From positions 215,466 through 279,465 of the forward strand of contig JAPDJW010000001.1 in NCBI GenBank assembly GCA_029258885.1: a stretch of 64,000 nucleotides of DNA, written 5' to 3'. Position numbers and translations under genes: made by a program. This stretch comes from Thermoproteota archaeon (GTDB lineage: Archaea; Thermoproteota; Thermoprotei; Thermofilales; B9-G17). Below, in pieces: positions 48,432-59,300 of the stretch (positions are counted from its first letter, which is position 1; the number at the start of each line of letters is the position of its first letter). The notes under the pieces were generated by a model that saw nothing but the letters and a program-made list of their open reading frames with translations, was not told the origin of the DNA and searched no databases.

Positions 48432-50024
48432 ATGACGACATCATTTAAGGAATTTGCTGAACTATGCAGGAAAGTAAAGAACACTAGCAGAAGAACCGAG
48501 AAAACAGCGATAATAGCCGAGTTTCTAAGAAAGCTAACGCCAACTGAAGCTGAGATAGCGGCGAGGCTTCTAGTAGGGAGAATTTTTCCCGAGTATTCGG
48601 AGCTAACCCTTGACGTAGGCTTTTCGATGATAAGGAATGCGCTGGCAAACATAAGTCCACAGGCTCTCCTCTTCGAAGAACCCGTAACCATAGAGGAGGT
48701 ATATCAAATACTTACCAAGATAGCTGAGGCAAAAGGGGAAAATTCGAGGAGGAGAAAGGAGAGACTTCTAACTTCATTGCTCAGCAGGCTAAGTGAGGCC
48801 GAAAGGGAGTACCTGATAAGGTCGATATTCGGGGAAGTGAGGATAGGAGCATCCGAGGGATTAATACTAGAGGCGATAGCCAAAGCCGTTAACACAAAAC
48901 TGGATACCGTGAGGAGGGCATACATGTTCCTAGGGGACTTGGGCGATGTGGCGCGAATAGCCCTTGAAGGAGGAGAAGAGGCTCTTAGCAGAGTAACCCT
49001 AACGTTGTTTAGGCCCGTAAAGCCTATGCTCGCCGAAATGTCGTATAGCATTAGAGAGGTGTTAAGGGAATTCGGAAACATAGCAGCGTTCGAATACAAG
49101 TACGATGGAGTAAGAGTTCAGATACATAAGAAGAAGGATCTAATACGAATATTCACTCGAAGGCTAAGCGAAATAACCCAGAGCCTTCCAGACATAATTG
49201 AATTGGTTAGAAGGAACGTGAACGCCGATGAAGTCGTGCTCGATGGCGAGGTAATAGGCTTTAAAGATGGAAAGCCCATAAGGTTTCAAGATTTAGTTAA
49301 GAGGGTAAGGAGAATAAGGGATGTGTGGAAGCTTATAGGGAAGATCCCCTTAGAGCTTAGGCTATTCGACATACTCTACCTAAACGGCAAGGTGCTAGTA
49401 GACGAACCCTATGAGAGGAGGTGGAAACTCCTAGAGAGCGTAGTGAAGGATAAGAACATGCTAGCTAAACGTATAGTTACTGGAAGCTTTGAGGAGGCAG
49501 AACGTTTCTTCGAGGAGTCTATAAGTGAGGGACACGAGGGACTAATGGCTAAATGTCTCAAAAGTAAATATACTCCGGGAACCAGAGGCAAGAACTGGTT
49601 TAAAATAAAGCCCGCCGATACCATAGACGTAGTAATAGTTGCAGCTGAATGGGGTCATGGTAGACGGAGGGGCTGGCTCAGTGACTACTACCTAGCAGTT
49701 AGGGATGAAAACACAGGCGAATACCTTGTCGTCGGAAAAACGTTCAAGGGGTTAACTGACGACGAATTCAGGGAAATGACTAAGAAGCTTCTAGAGCTAA
49801 AGATAGCGGAGGAGGGGTACGTAGTGAAGGTAATACCCAAAATAGTGGTTGAGGTGGCCTACAGCGAAATACAGCAGAGCCCGAAGTATAAATCGGGACT
49901 AGCCCTAAGATTCGCAAGAATAGTGAGGATAAGATACGATAAATCCCCTGAAGATATTACGACGCTAGGTGAGCTGAAAAAGAGGTATGAGATGCAGTTC
50001 AGGTATAAAGCCAAAGTATTTTAA
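48432..50024 (+). CDS. lig: ATP-dependent DNA ligase
   Basis: EYKYDGVRVQIH, LDGEVI, EGLMAK, WFKIK, ALRFARIVRIRYDK. Confidence 0.95.
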   Translation: MTTSFKEFAELCRKVKNTSRRTEKTAIIAEFLRKLTPTEAEIAARLLVGRIFPEYSELTLDVGFSMIRNALANISPQALLFEEPVTIEEVYQILTKIAEAKGENSRRRKERLLTSLLSRLSEAEREYLIRSIFGEVRIGASEGLILEAIAKAVNTKLDTVRRAYMFLGDLGDVARIALEGGEEALSRVTLTLFRPVKPMLAEMSYSIREVLREFGNIAAFEYKYDGVRVQIHKKKDLIRIFTRRLSEITQSLPDIIELVRRNVNADEVVLDGEVIGFKDGKPIRFQDLVKRVRRIRDVWKLIGKIPLELRLFDILYLNGKVLVDEPYERRWKLLESVVKDKNMLAKRIVTGSFEEAERFFEESISEGHEGLMAKCLKSKYTPGTRGKNWFKIKPADTIDVVIVAAEWGHGRRRGWLSDYYLAVRDENTGEYLVVGKTFKGLTDDEFREMTKKLLELKIAEEGYVVKVIPKIVVEVAYSEIQQSPKYKSGLALRFARIVRIRYDKSPEDITTLGELKKRYEMQFRYKAKVF

Positions 50025-50045
50025 CGTCTTCTCTATACCATTAGC

Positions 50046-51911
50046 TTGATTAATATGAAATCTGATCTAAGGATCATCGTTTTCACGGCACTGCTACTTA
50101 CATTATTTTCGCCAGCTCTCTCACTCCCTCAAAATCACGAGATAGAGATCTATATAGCGGATAGTGTAGCTGAATACTTAATCCTAACAACGCTAATAGA
50201 TCCTAGTAATGAGTTTGTAGTTCTGAACGGAAGCGGTGTCCATAACCTTATCAGCCAGCTTTCACTATACCTAGATGCATCCCTAGTGCTGGTAAGAGAA
50301 ATAGCGGATTATGAAGACGTATTCAACAAGTCAATAGAGATAGCTCAATACTTTAACTCTAAGCTAGATAGCATAGTAATGGTTAATGTAGAGAATGAAT
50401 CGCTGTCCGTTGTAGCATCACTAATAGCTTCAGCGCTTAACCATCCGCTAATAATGTATGAAAACCGCATAGAACTTGAGAAGCTGAAAAACCTAGGAGT
50501 AGAAAACGTATTTACCATAGGCGTAGGTGAAGATGTGGTCAATAAGCTAAAGGAATACTTTAACGTACGATCAATCCACGATATTAGTGAGGCATTAGCT
50601 TTTTACAATAGTATGTTAAGTAACAGTAAAACGCTGACAATAGCTCTGAAAAACGACGAGCTAGCTTTCATATCTGCCCTCTATGCTAAGGCAAAGAAGT
50701 CACGGTTCATAATTGTAGATAAAATACGGAAGGAGAATGAAGAATTAGTTAATTCGTTAGCAGGAATCGAGAAAGTAATCCTAGTATCATCCTTCAAAAA
50801 CCTTAAAACCGAGAGAGCATACTCAAAACTATTAAATATATTAATGAAAGGAGGGGTCGACGAGAAATATATAGAGCCTGCAGTTGCACTTATTTCAGGA
50901 ATATCGAAAAGCCATGCATCAATATTTGCCGTAAGAACCCTAAATTCAGGCAGAATACTGAGGAAGCTCAATAGGGGACAAAACCTGATATTTATGGACG
51001 ACAGCTATTCATTAACCCAAAAAATAATCAGAATAGGACGGAGGGCGGGGCTAGTCCCTAAGACCCTATACAGTGTAGGCAAGAGAGGCAACATAACAAC
51101 AGGAAACATAATTAATCTATTAAACAACGGAAACATGTTAACATACATAAACCTACATGGAAACCCTCTCGGATACGGGCTTACAACATACGGACCCTAC
51201 GTCCTCCATGCAGGTCACGTATCAGTAATAGCTCCAACAATAATAGTAACATTATCATGTCTAACATGCGATTTCGATGCAGAATACCTATATAGCGCAA
51301 AGGAAAGCATAGCGCTAAAATTCGTTTCAGCTGGAGCACTAGCATACGTAGGAGCCTCAAGGACAGAATTCACAAATGAAATAGAGATAAGTACAGCCTA
51401 TCCTGAGCTAATAGTATACCTACAAACCCACGGAGTAACGTTGGGAGAGGCGGTAAGGATAATAAATAACATACATATAAAGGAAAAGAAGGGACCATAC
51501 ATGTACCTAATAGGGGACCCAGACATAGTACTAGATAACATAAATTTTGAGTATAGGGTAGAGACGGTAAGCGGAAACGAGCTTTACAGAATAGAAATAA
51601 CTAACTTGACAGAAGTAGTCTACGTAAAATTCATAATCGATAGAAATAGGGATGATATTAAAAAATTTGAGGAAGATACTCCAAATATATTCAAAAGAAT
51701 ATACGTTGAGAAAACGAGCGAAGGTAAGTACATAGTGAATGTCTTTATGACAAAGATTTTCTCCAGCGACGTAGGCGACTTTAAGCCTGGAGAAAGTATT
51801 AAGCTGAAAATAATTTACAAGCCGTCTCTACAAATGATAGTATTAACTATAGCGCTAGTAGCGTTCTCCCTCGTTGCAGTAATGCTGCTTCTAAAGAGGC
51901 ATTCAAAATAA
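50046..51911 (+). CDS. secreted, C-terminally anchored protein with peptidase C25 (gingipain/caspase-fold) domain
   Basis: Signal peptide; LHG (His codon 51156) and SCLT (Cys codon 51258); AYVGASR, TLGEA, LIGDP; C-terminal TM. Confidence 0.72.
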   Translation: MINMKSDLRIIVFTALLLTLFSPALSLPQNHEIEIYIADSVAEYLILTTLIDPSNEFVVLNGSGVHNLISQLSLYLDASLVLVREIADYEDVFNKSIEIAQYFNSKLDSIVMVNVENESLSVVASLIASALNHPLIMYENRIELEKLKNLGVENVFTIGVGEDVVNKLKEYFNVRSIHDISEALAFYNSMLSNSKTLTIALKNDELAFISALYAKAKKSRFIIVDKIRKENEELVNSLAGIEKVILVSSFKNLKTERAYSKLLNILMKGGVDEKYIEPAVALISGISKSHASIFAVRTLNSGRILRKLNRGQNLIFMDDSYSLTQKIIRIGRRAGLVPKTLYSVGKRGNITTGNIINLLNNGNMLTYINLHGNPLGYGLTTYGPYVLHAGHVSVIAPTIIVTLSCLTCDFDAEYLYSAKESIALKFVSAGALAYVGASRTEFTNEIEISTAYPELIVYLQTHGVTLGEAVRIINNIHIKEKKGPYMYLIGDPDIVLDNINFEYRVETVSGNELYRIEITNLTEVVYVKFIIDRNRDDIKKFEEDTPNIFKRIYVEKTSEGKYIVNVFMTKIFSSDVGDFKPGESIKLKIIYKPSLQMIVLTIALVAFSLVAVMLLLKRHSK

Positions 51912-52138
51912 CTTATGCATGTAGTTAGACAAATTTTATGTATAAATTATTGGTAGAAGTAAAGAAGATTCTAAGGATGCGTGCATGTACTGTTTAGGTA
52001 AAGGGCATAAAGGAGACTTTTTAATTTACATTTTACGTTTGTAAAGCATGCTAATTTTTCTCATATATAAATTTTACCATAAAGGTTAAATTCTCCACGA
52101 GGCTATATATACCAAACTAGATACCTAGGTGTTTACGT

Positions 52139-54118
52139 ATGAGTGAGGAGAAAACAGAGGTTAAACCTGAGGTAGTAGCAAAACCAATTACAATCAAATC
52201 AATAATACTTGGAATAATAGGAGCTATAGCTGGCGTAACAGCAGCATCAATCCTAGGTCCAACAAGCGGATTCATACCAACAGCTGAAGTAGCAGTCATG
52301 ATGACGGTTATACTCGCACTATTGCAGCTATTCACTCCAATAAAGTTCACACTTGCCGAATACGTCTTTATCTACGCCATGACCTACGGTGGATCAGCAG
52401 GCTTCGACTGGGCGACAAGATGGCCAGCAGGCCTATTCTTCCACGCAACAACCCCAGCCTGGCTACAAAAGTATATGTCGTACGTTCCGGGCTTCTATTA
52501 TCTACCTAAGGAGGCATATGACCTGGCACTTCAGGGAGGAGTAGCACCACCTTGGGGCATGTTAATACCAGCATTCATAACAATGACTGTTCTAGGAGTA
52601 TTTCTAAACACTCTAACAACGTTCGCCGTACTACCATTCAAGAAGCAGATAGTTGAAGTAGAGAGATTACCATATCCAGCTACCTCAGCTGCTTTCTCTG
52701 CAGTAAACACCGTTATACTCCCGAAGGAGGAGCAGGCTGCTCCTGTGCTAGGCTCAAGAAGGAACTGGCTGCTCTTAGGACTACTAATAGGTTTCATAAC
52801 TGTAATATTCACAGAAGGATATCTAATTAGCACACTATGGCCGGGAGCACCTGTTATTCCTGAATGGATAGGAGATAGTGAAGAGGCGCCAGGAATGTTC
52901 TTCGACTACCTACCGGGCTTCATCATTGGAATACACATGAACTCACTATTTCCATGGGGCTGGTTTGGCTACTTCGCACCATTAGAAGCGCTTCTCTCAA
53001 TAATGATATTCACCTTCATAGGAATGTTCATCTTAGTATGGGAGGTAACATCGGGTAAAATACCATATGAGCCAGGAGATGCGTACGGCGATATAGGATA
53101 TATGGACTATAGATATGGAATAAACTTGTACATGATGGGCAATGTCATGCTAGCCGCCGCCGTAATAGCCCACTTCATAGTAGGATACAAGTACATACTT
53201 GAAACTATAAAGAGCAAGGAGAAGGAAGAGCCCGGCTTCATATCTCCGCAAATGATGTGGATACTATCCCTACTTTCAGTAATAATATTGACCGCCTTCG
53301 GAGTAGTCCTCGGAGCACCACCACATGTAGGCTTCTTCATAGTACTCTTCATGGTATACCTAAACACAATGTGGAGCATAAGAGGATTAGGAGAAGTTAA
53401 CCTAGCAGTAAGAGGCTACGGCTTAACAAGAGCATTCTCGGCAGGAATCAGCGAGCTATTTGGAGTAGCAACACCAGGCACAGGCGAAGTAACTCCGCCA
53501 GTTGTAGGAATGTTCCTACTACCCTACCATATAATCGATGGAAACATGGGCTCATTCGCATTAGTAGAAACCTCAAGGTTCGCATTTCTATCCAGAGTAA
53601 AAGCCACAAAGGCAATAATAATAGGAATAATAGTCGGAGCGGCAATATCTATATTGGTAGGCTGCTTCATACAGGGAAGCCTAATATATGGCCTAGGGCT
53701 TGCACACGAGGTATACGGGCAGGCCGGAGCATATTACGGATTAGCAGTACATAGAGTAAGATATTATGTAGAATACGCCTATGTGGATAGAATAACAGAA
53801 GATAGAATTCCATGGGCAATAGGCTTCTTCATACTAGCAATGGCCTTAGTATTCCTAAGAGCAAAGTTTGCAGTAATAATGCCTCTAACAGCAATAAGCG
53901 CAGGACTAGCATTCTACCTAGTAGACTGGGACGTAACAGGATGGGCATACACATTCCTACCATTCCTAATAATCAAATACCTAGTACTTAAGATAGGTGG
54001 ACCAAAGCTAGACGAGCAAGTAGCAAGACCGTTCTTCGCAGGAGCGGCAGCAGGAGGATTATTCGGAGCAGTAGTAAGCGGAATAGCAATTACGATGAAG
54101 GCTCTAGGAATGATATAA
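52139..54118 (+). CDS. OPT/YSL-superfamily-like transporter (A)
   Basis: 659 aa, many TM segments, VERLPYP motif. Confidence 0.72.
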   Translation: MSEEKTEVKPEVVAKPITIKSIILGIIGAIAGVTAASILGPTSGFIPTAEVAVMMTVILALLQLFTPIKFTLAEYVFIYAMTYGGSAGFDWATRWPAGLFFHATTPAWLQKYMSYVPGFYYLPKEAYDLALQGGVAPPWGMLIPAFITMTVLGVFLNTLTTFAVLPFKKQIVEVERLPYPATSAAFSAVNTVILPKEEQAAPVLGSRRNWLLLGLLIGFITVIFTEGYLISTLWPGAPVIPEWIGDSEEAPGMFFDYLPGFIIGIHMNSLFPWGWFGYFAPLEALLSIMIFTFIGMFILVWEVTSGKIPYEPGDAYGDIGYMDYRYGINLYMMGNVMLAAAVIAHFIVGYKYILETIKSKEKEEPGFISPQMMWILSLLSVIILTAFGVVLGAPPHVGFFIVLFMVYLNTMWSIRGLGEVNLAVRGYGLTRAFSAGISELFGVATPGTGEVTPPVVGMFLLPYHIIDGNMGSFALVETSRFAFLSRVKATKAIIIGIIVGAAISILVGCFIQGSLIYGLGLAHEVYGQAGAYYGLAVHRVRYYVEYAYVDRITEDRIPWAIGFFILAMALVFLRAKFAVIMPLTAISAGLAFYLVDWDVTGWAYTFLPFLIIKYLVLKIGGPKLDEQVARPFFAGAAAGGLFGAVVSGIAITMKALGMI

Positions 54119-54293
54119 AGTTAAAGAACTTTTTCTATCTAATTCAATAATTATTATTTTTATTCATAATCCCTTTTTGTTCATAAGGCTTTACTTATTT
54201 GTCATACAACTATGGTAATTGGCTATTTTCAATATTAAACCTTATAAATAGTAAATGTATTTTTAATATCCAATTCGAGAATGGAGTGAAAGC

Positions 54294-56237
54294 ATGTCGT
54301 CCATGACCCTTGCAACCGAGGAGGTTTATAAGGAGGGATTAACGCTAAAGGCTCTTATGGCAATGATATTCTCCTCTGTAATTATGATGCCAGCTCTCCT
54401 CTGGGTCTATCTAGCTACGGGAGTAGGTATAGGACCTATAGCGGCAGCATACGCTACGATGCTTATCTTCGGAGAATTAGGAAAACTGTTAATGTCGCCG
54501 CTAAACGAACATGAGCTTGCAACGATAAGATGGGGTGCTTCAATGGCTGCTTCCTATACTGGAGGCTTCTTATTCTCAATATATATGAGGAAGTCGCCGA
54601 TAACACATCAATATGGTATAGCCGATAAAATACCTGTATGGGTAGTTCCCCCCGAGACAAGTGAAGCATTAATTAATAGAATAATATGGCACCCTGACTG
54701 GCTACTACCCATAGGAATCGGTTACCTTACATTCTTTATATCACTAGTAGGCACAATAGGTATTTCATACATAACTAGGGAGCTATTTATAGAGGTTGAA
54801 AAACTCCCATTCCCTACAGGAGCCTTAGCTGCTGAAATAGCTAAAGCATTATCAAAGGAGGCAGGCGGGGAGAGGTATAAGATATTCGCCATAGTAACTA
54901 CACTAATGGCCATGTTTGAAGCCGCTAGGTCGCTTGCCCCAGCCTTAGGAATGGTTCTCTTCGGCAGACCAATTATTCTAATACCTCCTTTGCATTGGGA
55001 CTTTACACAGCAAATAGAGCTCATAATTCCCGGCGCAACAATAGGCTTCACCACAAACTTCATGATTATGAGCCTCGGCTTCATAATACCAGATAAGGTT
55101 ATAATATGGTCGATAATAGGAATGATATTCGCCTATATAGTAATGCCGCCGATATTCGTAGCCCTAAGGTATGGTCCGTACGCCGATTGGAGGCCGGGTA
55201 AGCCAGGAGTAATGTTAATACCAGGAACTATAGAGGGATCATGGTATCAGCCACTGCTGAACATATGGTTAAGCATAGTGATTGGCATGGCGGTTGCTGG
55301 AGCTATAATACCTTTCATAACATCATTTAAACAGTTTAAGGAGTCCCTAAAATCCTTCCTAAAACTATCATCCTCTGAGGCAAAAACATACGGAGTAATA
55401 CCTGGAAAAACTGCCTTCATAATGTTTCTAGCATCCTCAATAACTCTATCGATACTAGCCTACATGCTCACTCCAAGAGGCATAGCATTTCTTATAGGAG
55501 TATTCGCAGTAAATGTAGGTATAAGCTTCCTAAACAATATCATAGCTGGTAGGGGCATAGGACTAGCGGCTATGGCTCCAATAATACCGTATGCAAACGA
55601 AGTTGTACTATGGTTAACTACAAGCCCACAAGATATTGAGGTGTGGTTTAACCCATTCTTCGCCCAGCTAGGGGGAGCTGACCTCTGTATAGGATATAAG
55701 GCGGCTGAATTAACGAGGACTAAACCCATGAGCATAACTAAGGCTCATATAATAGGGCTACTTATGACCAACCTGGTTGGTTTAGTAATAGCTGCAATGT
55801 TCTGGAATGTCTACGATATTCCATCCAGGTTCCTTCCAGCGCCAACTTATCCCGCCGATGCGCTAATGAGATGCCTGTTTATAACCAGACAGTTCATGTT
55901 CCTTAAACCCGAGCTGATAGTTATGTCATTCATAATAGGTACGCTAATAATCGTTGCTCCAATGATACCAGTAATTGGACCAATACTAGAGCCCGTGACA
56001 GGCATTAGCGTAGTATTCGGCTTAATAAACGGATTTAACGATATGCCAAGCAACATAACGGTGCTATTTATGGGCTGGATAATTAAGAAGCTCATAGAGA
56101 GAAAGATGGGAAGAGAATGGGCCAGCAGAAACATGATAACAATAGCAGCAGGAATATGGACTGGCGGCAGCCTAGTAATAAGCCTATCGACAGCCCTAAG
56201 ATTCGCTAGAGAGGCCGTAGCACCAGAGGTCTTCTAA
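54294..56237 (+). CDS. OPT/YSL-superfamily-like transporter (B)
   Basis: 647 aa, many TM segments, VEKLPFPTG motif, divergent paralog of the upstream gene. Confidence 0.75.
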   Translation: MSSMTLATEEVYKEGLTLKALMAMIFSSVIMMPALLWVYLATGVGIGPIAAAYATMLIFGELGKLLMSPLNEHELATIRWGASMAASYTGGFLFSIYMRKSPITHQYGIADKIPVWVVPPETSEALINRIIWHPDWLLPIGIGYLTFFISLVGTIGISYITRELFIEVEKLPFPTGALAAEIAKALSKEAGGERYKIFAIVTTLMAMFEAARSLAPALGMVLFGRPIILIPPLHWDFTQQIELIIPGATIGFTTNFMIMSLGFIIPDKVIIWSIIGMIFAYIVMPPIFVALRYGPYADWRPGKPGVMLIPGTIEGSWYQPLLNIWLSIVIGMAVAGAIIPFITSFKQFKESLKSFLKLSSSEAKTYGVIPGKTAFIMFLASSITLSILAYMLTPRGIAFLIGVFAVNVGISFLNNIIAGRGIGLAAMAPIIPYANEVVLWLTTSPQDIEVWFNPFFAQLGGADLCIGYKAAELTRTKPMSITKAHIIGLLMTNLVGLVIAAMFWNVYDIPSRFLPAPTYPADALMRCLFITRQFMFLKPELIVMSFIIGTLIIVAPMIPVIGPILEPVTGISVVFGLINGFNDMPSNITVLFMGWIIKKLIERKMGREWASRNMITIAAGIWTGGSLVISLSTALRFAREAVAPEVF

Positions 56238-56303
56238 AGCTAAATATTTAAGAGATTATGTTATATGTATTTATATCTCGAACTCCCAGTAGAGGTGTAT
56301 GAT

Positions 56304-59300
56304 ATGGTAAAATTTAAGAGGAGTATCATCGGTATTACACTAGTTATAGTTCTACTTTTAATGTCCCTTGCTATACAGAATGGTATCAATGTGAAGGCTT
56401 CTCCGGAGGAGATAGAGGTATTAAACCTCAATAAGGATAACATACTTAAACACGTAGAATATCTTTCCTCACTAGGCACTAGGGTGAGCGGATACAACCA
56501 GTGTAATCTTGCAGCTCAATACATATTGAATAAGCTTAAGGAGTATGGTCTAAACGCGTGGCTTGAAAACTTTACCGTAACTGTTCCAGTAAGCTATGGA
56601 GCCTACCTGAAGATGGAGGGGAGAACTATAAATGCTTATCCTCTCGCTCCTAATCTCGTTGAAACATGCTATGTAAATGGCTTAAGCGGGCAGCTTGAAT
56701 ACATTGAGGTGAAGAATAGGGATCTAAGCGATTTCAATGGACATGAGGTTAAAGATAGAATAATTCTAATGGACTATGATTCAGGCGATGCATGGAGGTG
56801 GGCTGTATATCTCGGTGCAAAAGCTGTAGTATTCGTATACGATCCGGAAAAGGATGTTGAATCACCCTATAGAGATGATTTCTTTAAGAGGATGTGGGTT
56901 CCAGTAGACTTTCCCCGAATACTCGTGTATAAGGAGGATATAGCAGATCTATTGTCTAAGATTAGAGAGGGAGGTGTTGAGGGAGAAATAGGAGTAAACA
57001 TGGTTTATGAGAACAGGATATCCTACAATGTTATCGGTGAAATTGAGGGCTCAGACCCTAACTTTAAGGATCAGATGCTGATCTTGGCAACATATTATGA
57101 TAGCTGGTCCATAGTTCCTGATCTCGCGCCGGGTGCTGACGAGGCATTAGGTCCAGCGATCCTGTTAGAGGTAGCTAATGAAGTAGCCAAGAAGGGGGCT
57201 ATAAGAACAGTTAGATTCATATTCTTCTCAGGCTACCATCAGGCGCTAGCTGGAGTAAGAAACTACGTTTACTATCATAAGAAAACAGACTTGGATAAGA
57301 CGGTATTTGTAATAGAAATCCAAGCTTCAACCGCAACCGAGGAAATAGGGTTCTTTGATAGAGGAAACTACTTTGGGCATCTTATAGGATCGGCTGAGGC
57401 GCCGAGAAACTTCATGGAGAATGCTAAGAGAGGGATATTTTATAGGGTTGCATACGACTACTTCGGAGTTAATGCAAGCTATGTAGTTGAAAGCTATAAT
57501 CCATCCCATGCTTCTCCAGAGCTACCCAGGTACTTCTGTATAGAGCACTTCACTTTAGCAAGTATACCTGGATTAGCCATAGCCCCCATATCTTTATCCG
57601 AGTACAGGAAGAGCCCATACGACACGTACGACAGGGTGTATAGGAACAGGGATAAAATATATAAGATAGCTGACATCTATGCCACCATCTCCCTCTATTA
57701 CGCGAAATACTGTACCGAGCTAAGACTATGGGGCTCCGCCCTTAAGCTAAATAGAATAACCATACTTGAGGGCAGAGTTCTCCTACATAATAAGACAACT
57801 GGTAGATATAGCCCAGTTCCAAACGCCTTAATAACCTTCATCTACGATCCGAGGGCTAGAGGAATAGCGTTCCACTACCTAATTATAAAAGCCGATGAAA
57901 ACGGCCACTATAGGTTCGTATATCCTGCTGATAGCGATAGGGGGGCATACTACGTAACAGCATTCTCCGACTACCCCACAGAGGGCCCCGTCGACTACGG
58001 GCCTGATATGGGCGTATATGCTAGAGGATGGCGCGTTCAGTCGGTAGGCGAAAGAAGCTATGCTGAAACAGTAGTATTTCCAGCGGGATCTCTAGTAGTA
58101 TTCGACGTATTAAACCCTGAAACCCTAGAGCCCCTTGGCTGGTTCTTAGGTTCTATATGGATAGTGGACCATGAAACTCAGAGGTTCGCAGACTACTTTG
58201 GGCTAATGACTGAAATGATAGGTTTCTGCTGGGGCGAGAAGTACTTTACCGGCACTATGATGTTCTTCATAAACCCGAAGATTAACGAGATGAAGGCCAT
58301 AGATATATCCCTATCCCCGCCTGGATACATATGGGCAAGCTGCATCCTAACTAATAGATCTCGAGGATACACTATAGGGAAAGGACAGCAGTATATAGAA
58401 ACGTTCTCAATAATTAGAATCTTTGAAAACATAAGGCTACTTAACGAGGAAAGGTATAGGTTGTCCAGAAAAACAAGGCTCTACATAGAATCGGTGGAGG
58501 AATCATTTAAGATAATCGACGAAAAGTGGCCTAAAGTTATTGAAGCACTCAAGAATAAGGACTACACTAAGGCTAGAGCTCTTGCATTATACGCCTACAG
58601 CGCTGAGAGAAGAGCATACGTAGACCTAAGGTACAACCTTCTCGATGCATCATACACATCAATATTCTTCCTCCTAATGGCGCTTCCATTCGCCTATCTC
58701 ATGGAGAGGCTTCTCTTCGAATTCGAGGATCTTAAGAAGAGAGCCGTAGCAATGTTCCTAATCTTCATCTTCTCCGTGCTGTATATGTCGTATGCACATC
58801 CAGGATTCTGCTTAGTAGCCAACGTATTTCTAACAGCCCTCTCGTTCCTAATGATAGTATTGACAACTATTCCACTAATACTCGTGTTTAACAGCGCTGG
58901 AGGAGCGCTTAAGGAGCTCAGAACTAAGATCATAGGAAAACACTTCGAGGAGATGGATAAACTAAGTGCATTCGTCCTCTCAATGTCGCTCGGTCTCAGA
59001 AACCTAAGAAGAAGAAAGCTTAGAACGACGCTTTTAATAATCTCGATACTTATAGTCACGATGGCGTTCGTATCTATAATAAGCGTGGTTTCAGCAAGAT
59101 ATATTGCGCCTGTTGAGCAACTAGAGCTTGACCATGCACACGTAGGTATAATGATTAGGAGGTCATTAATTGAGAGAGCTCTATCGCCTCAGGTACTTCA
59201 AGTAATATATCACATGTATGGGGACGAGCTAGAGTACATACTTCCGGTAGTCTTTGCGTATCCAAGGGGCTTGGAGAGGCAAACAGGCATATACTTGGGT

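Noticed and set aside
50046-56237. Strong A-rich strand skew suggesting foreign origin
   Set aside because: Explained by ATA/GTA/CTA codon use in hydrophobic proteins; the same bias appears in other genes in the window
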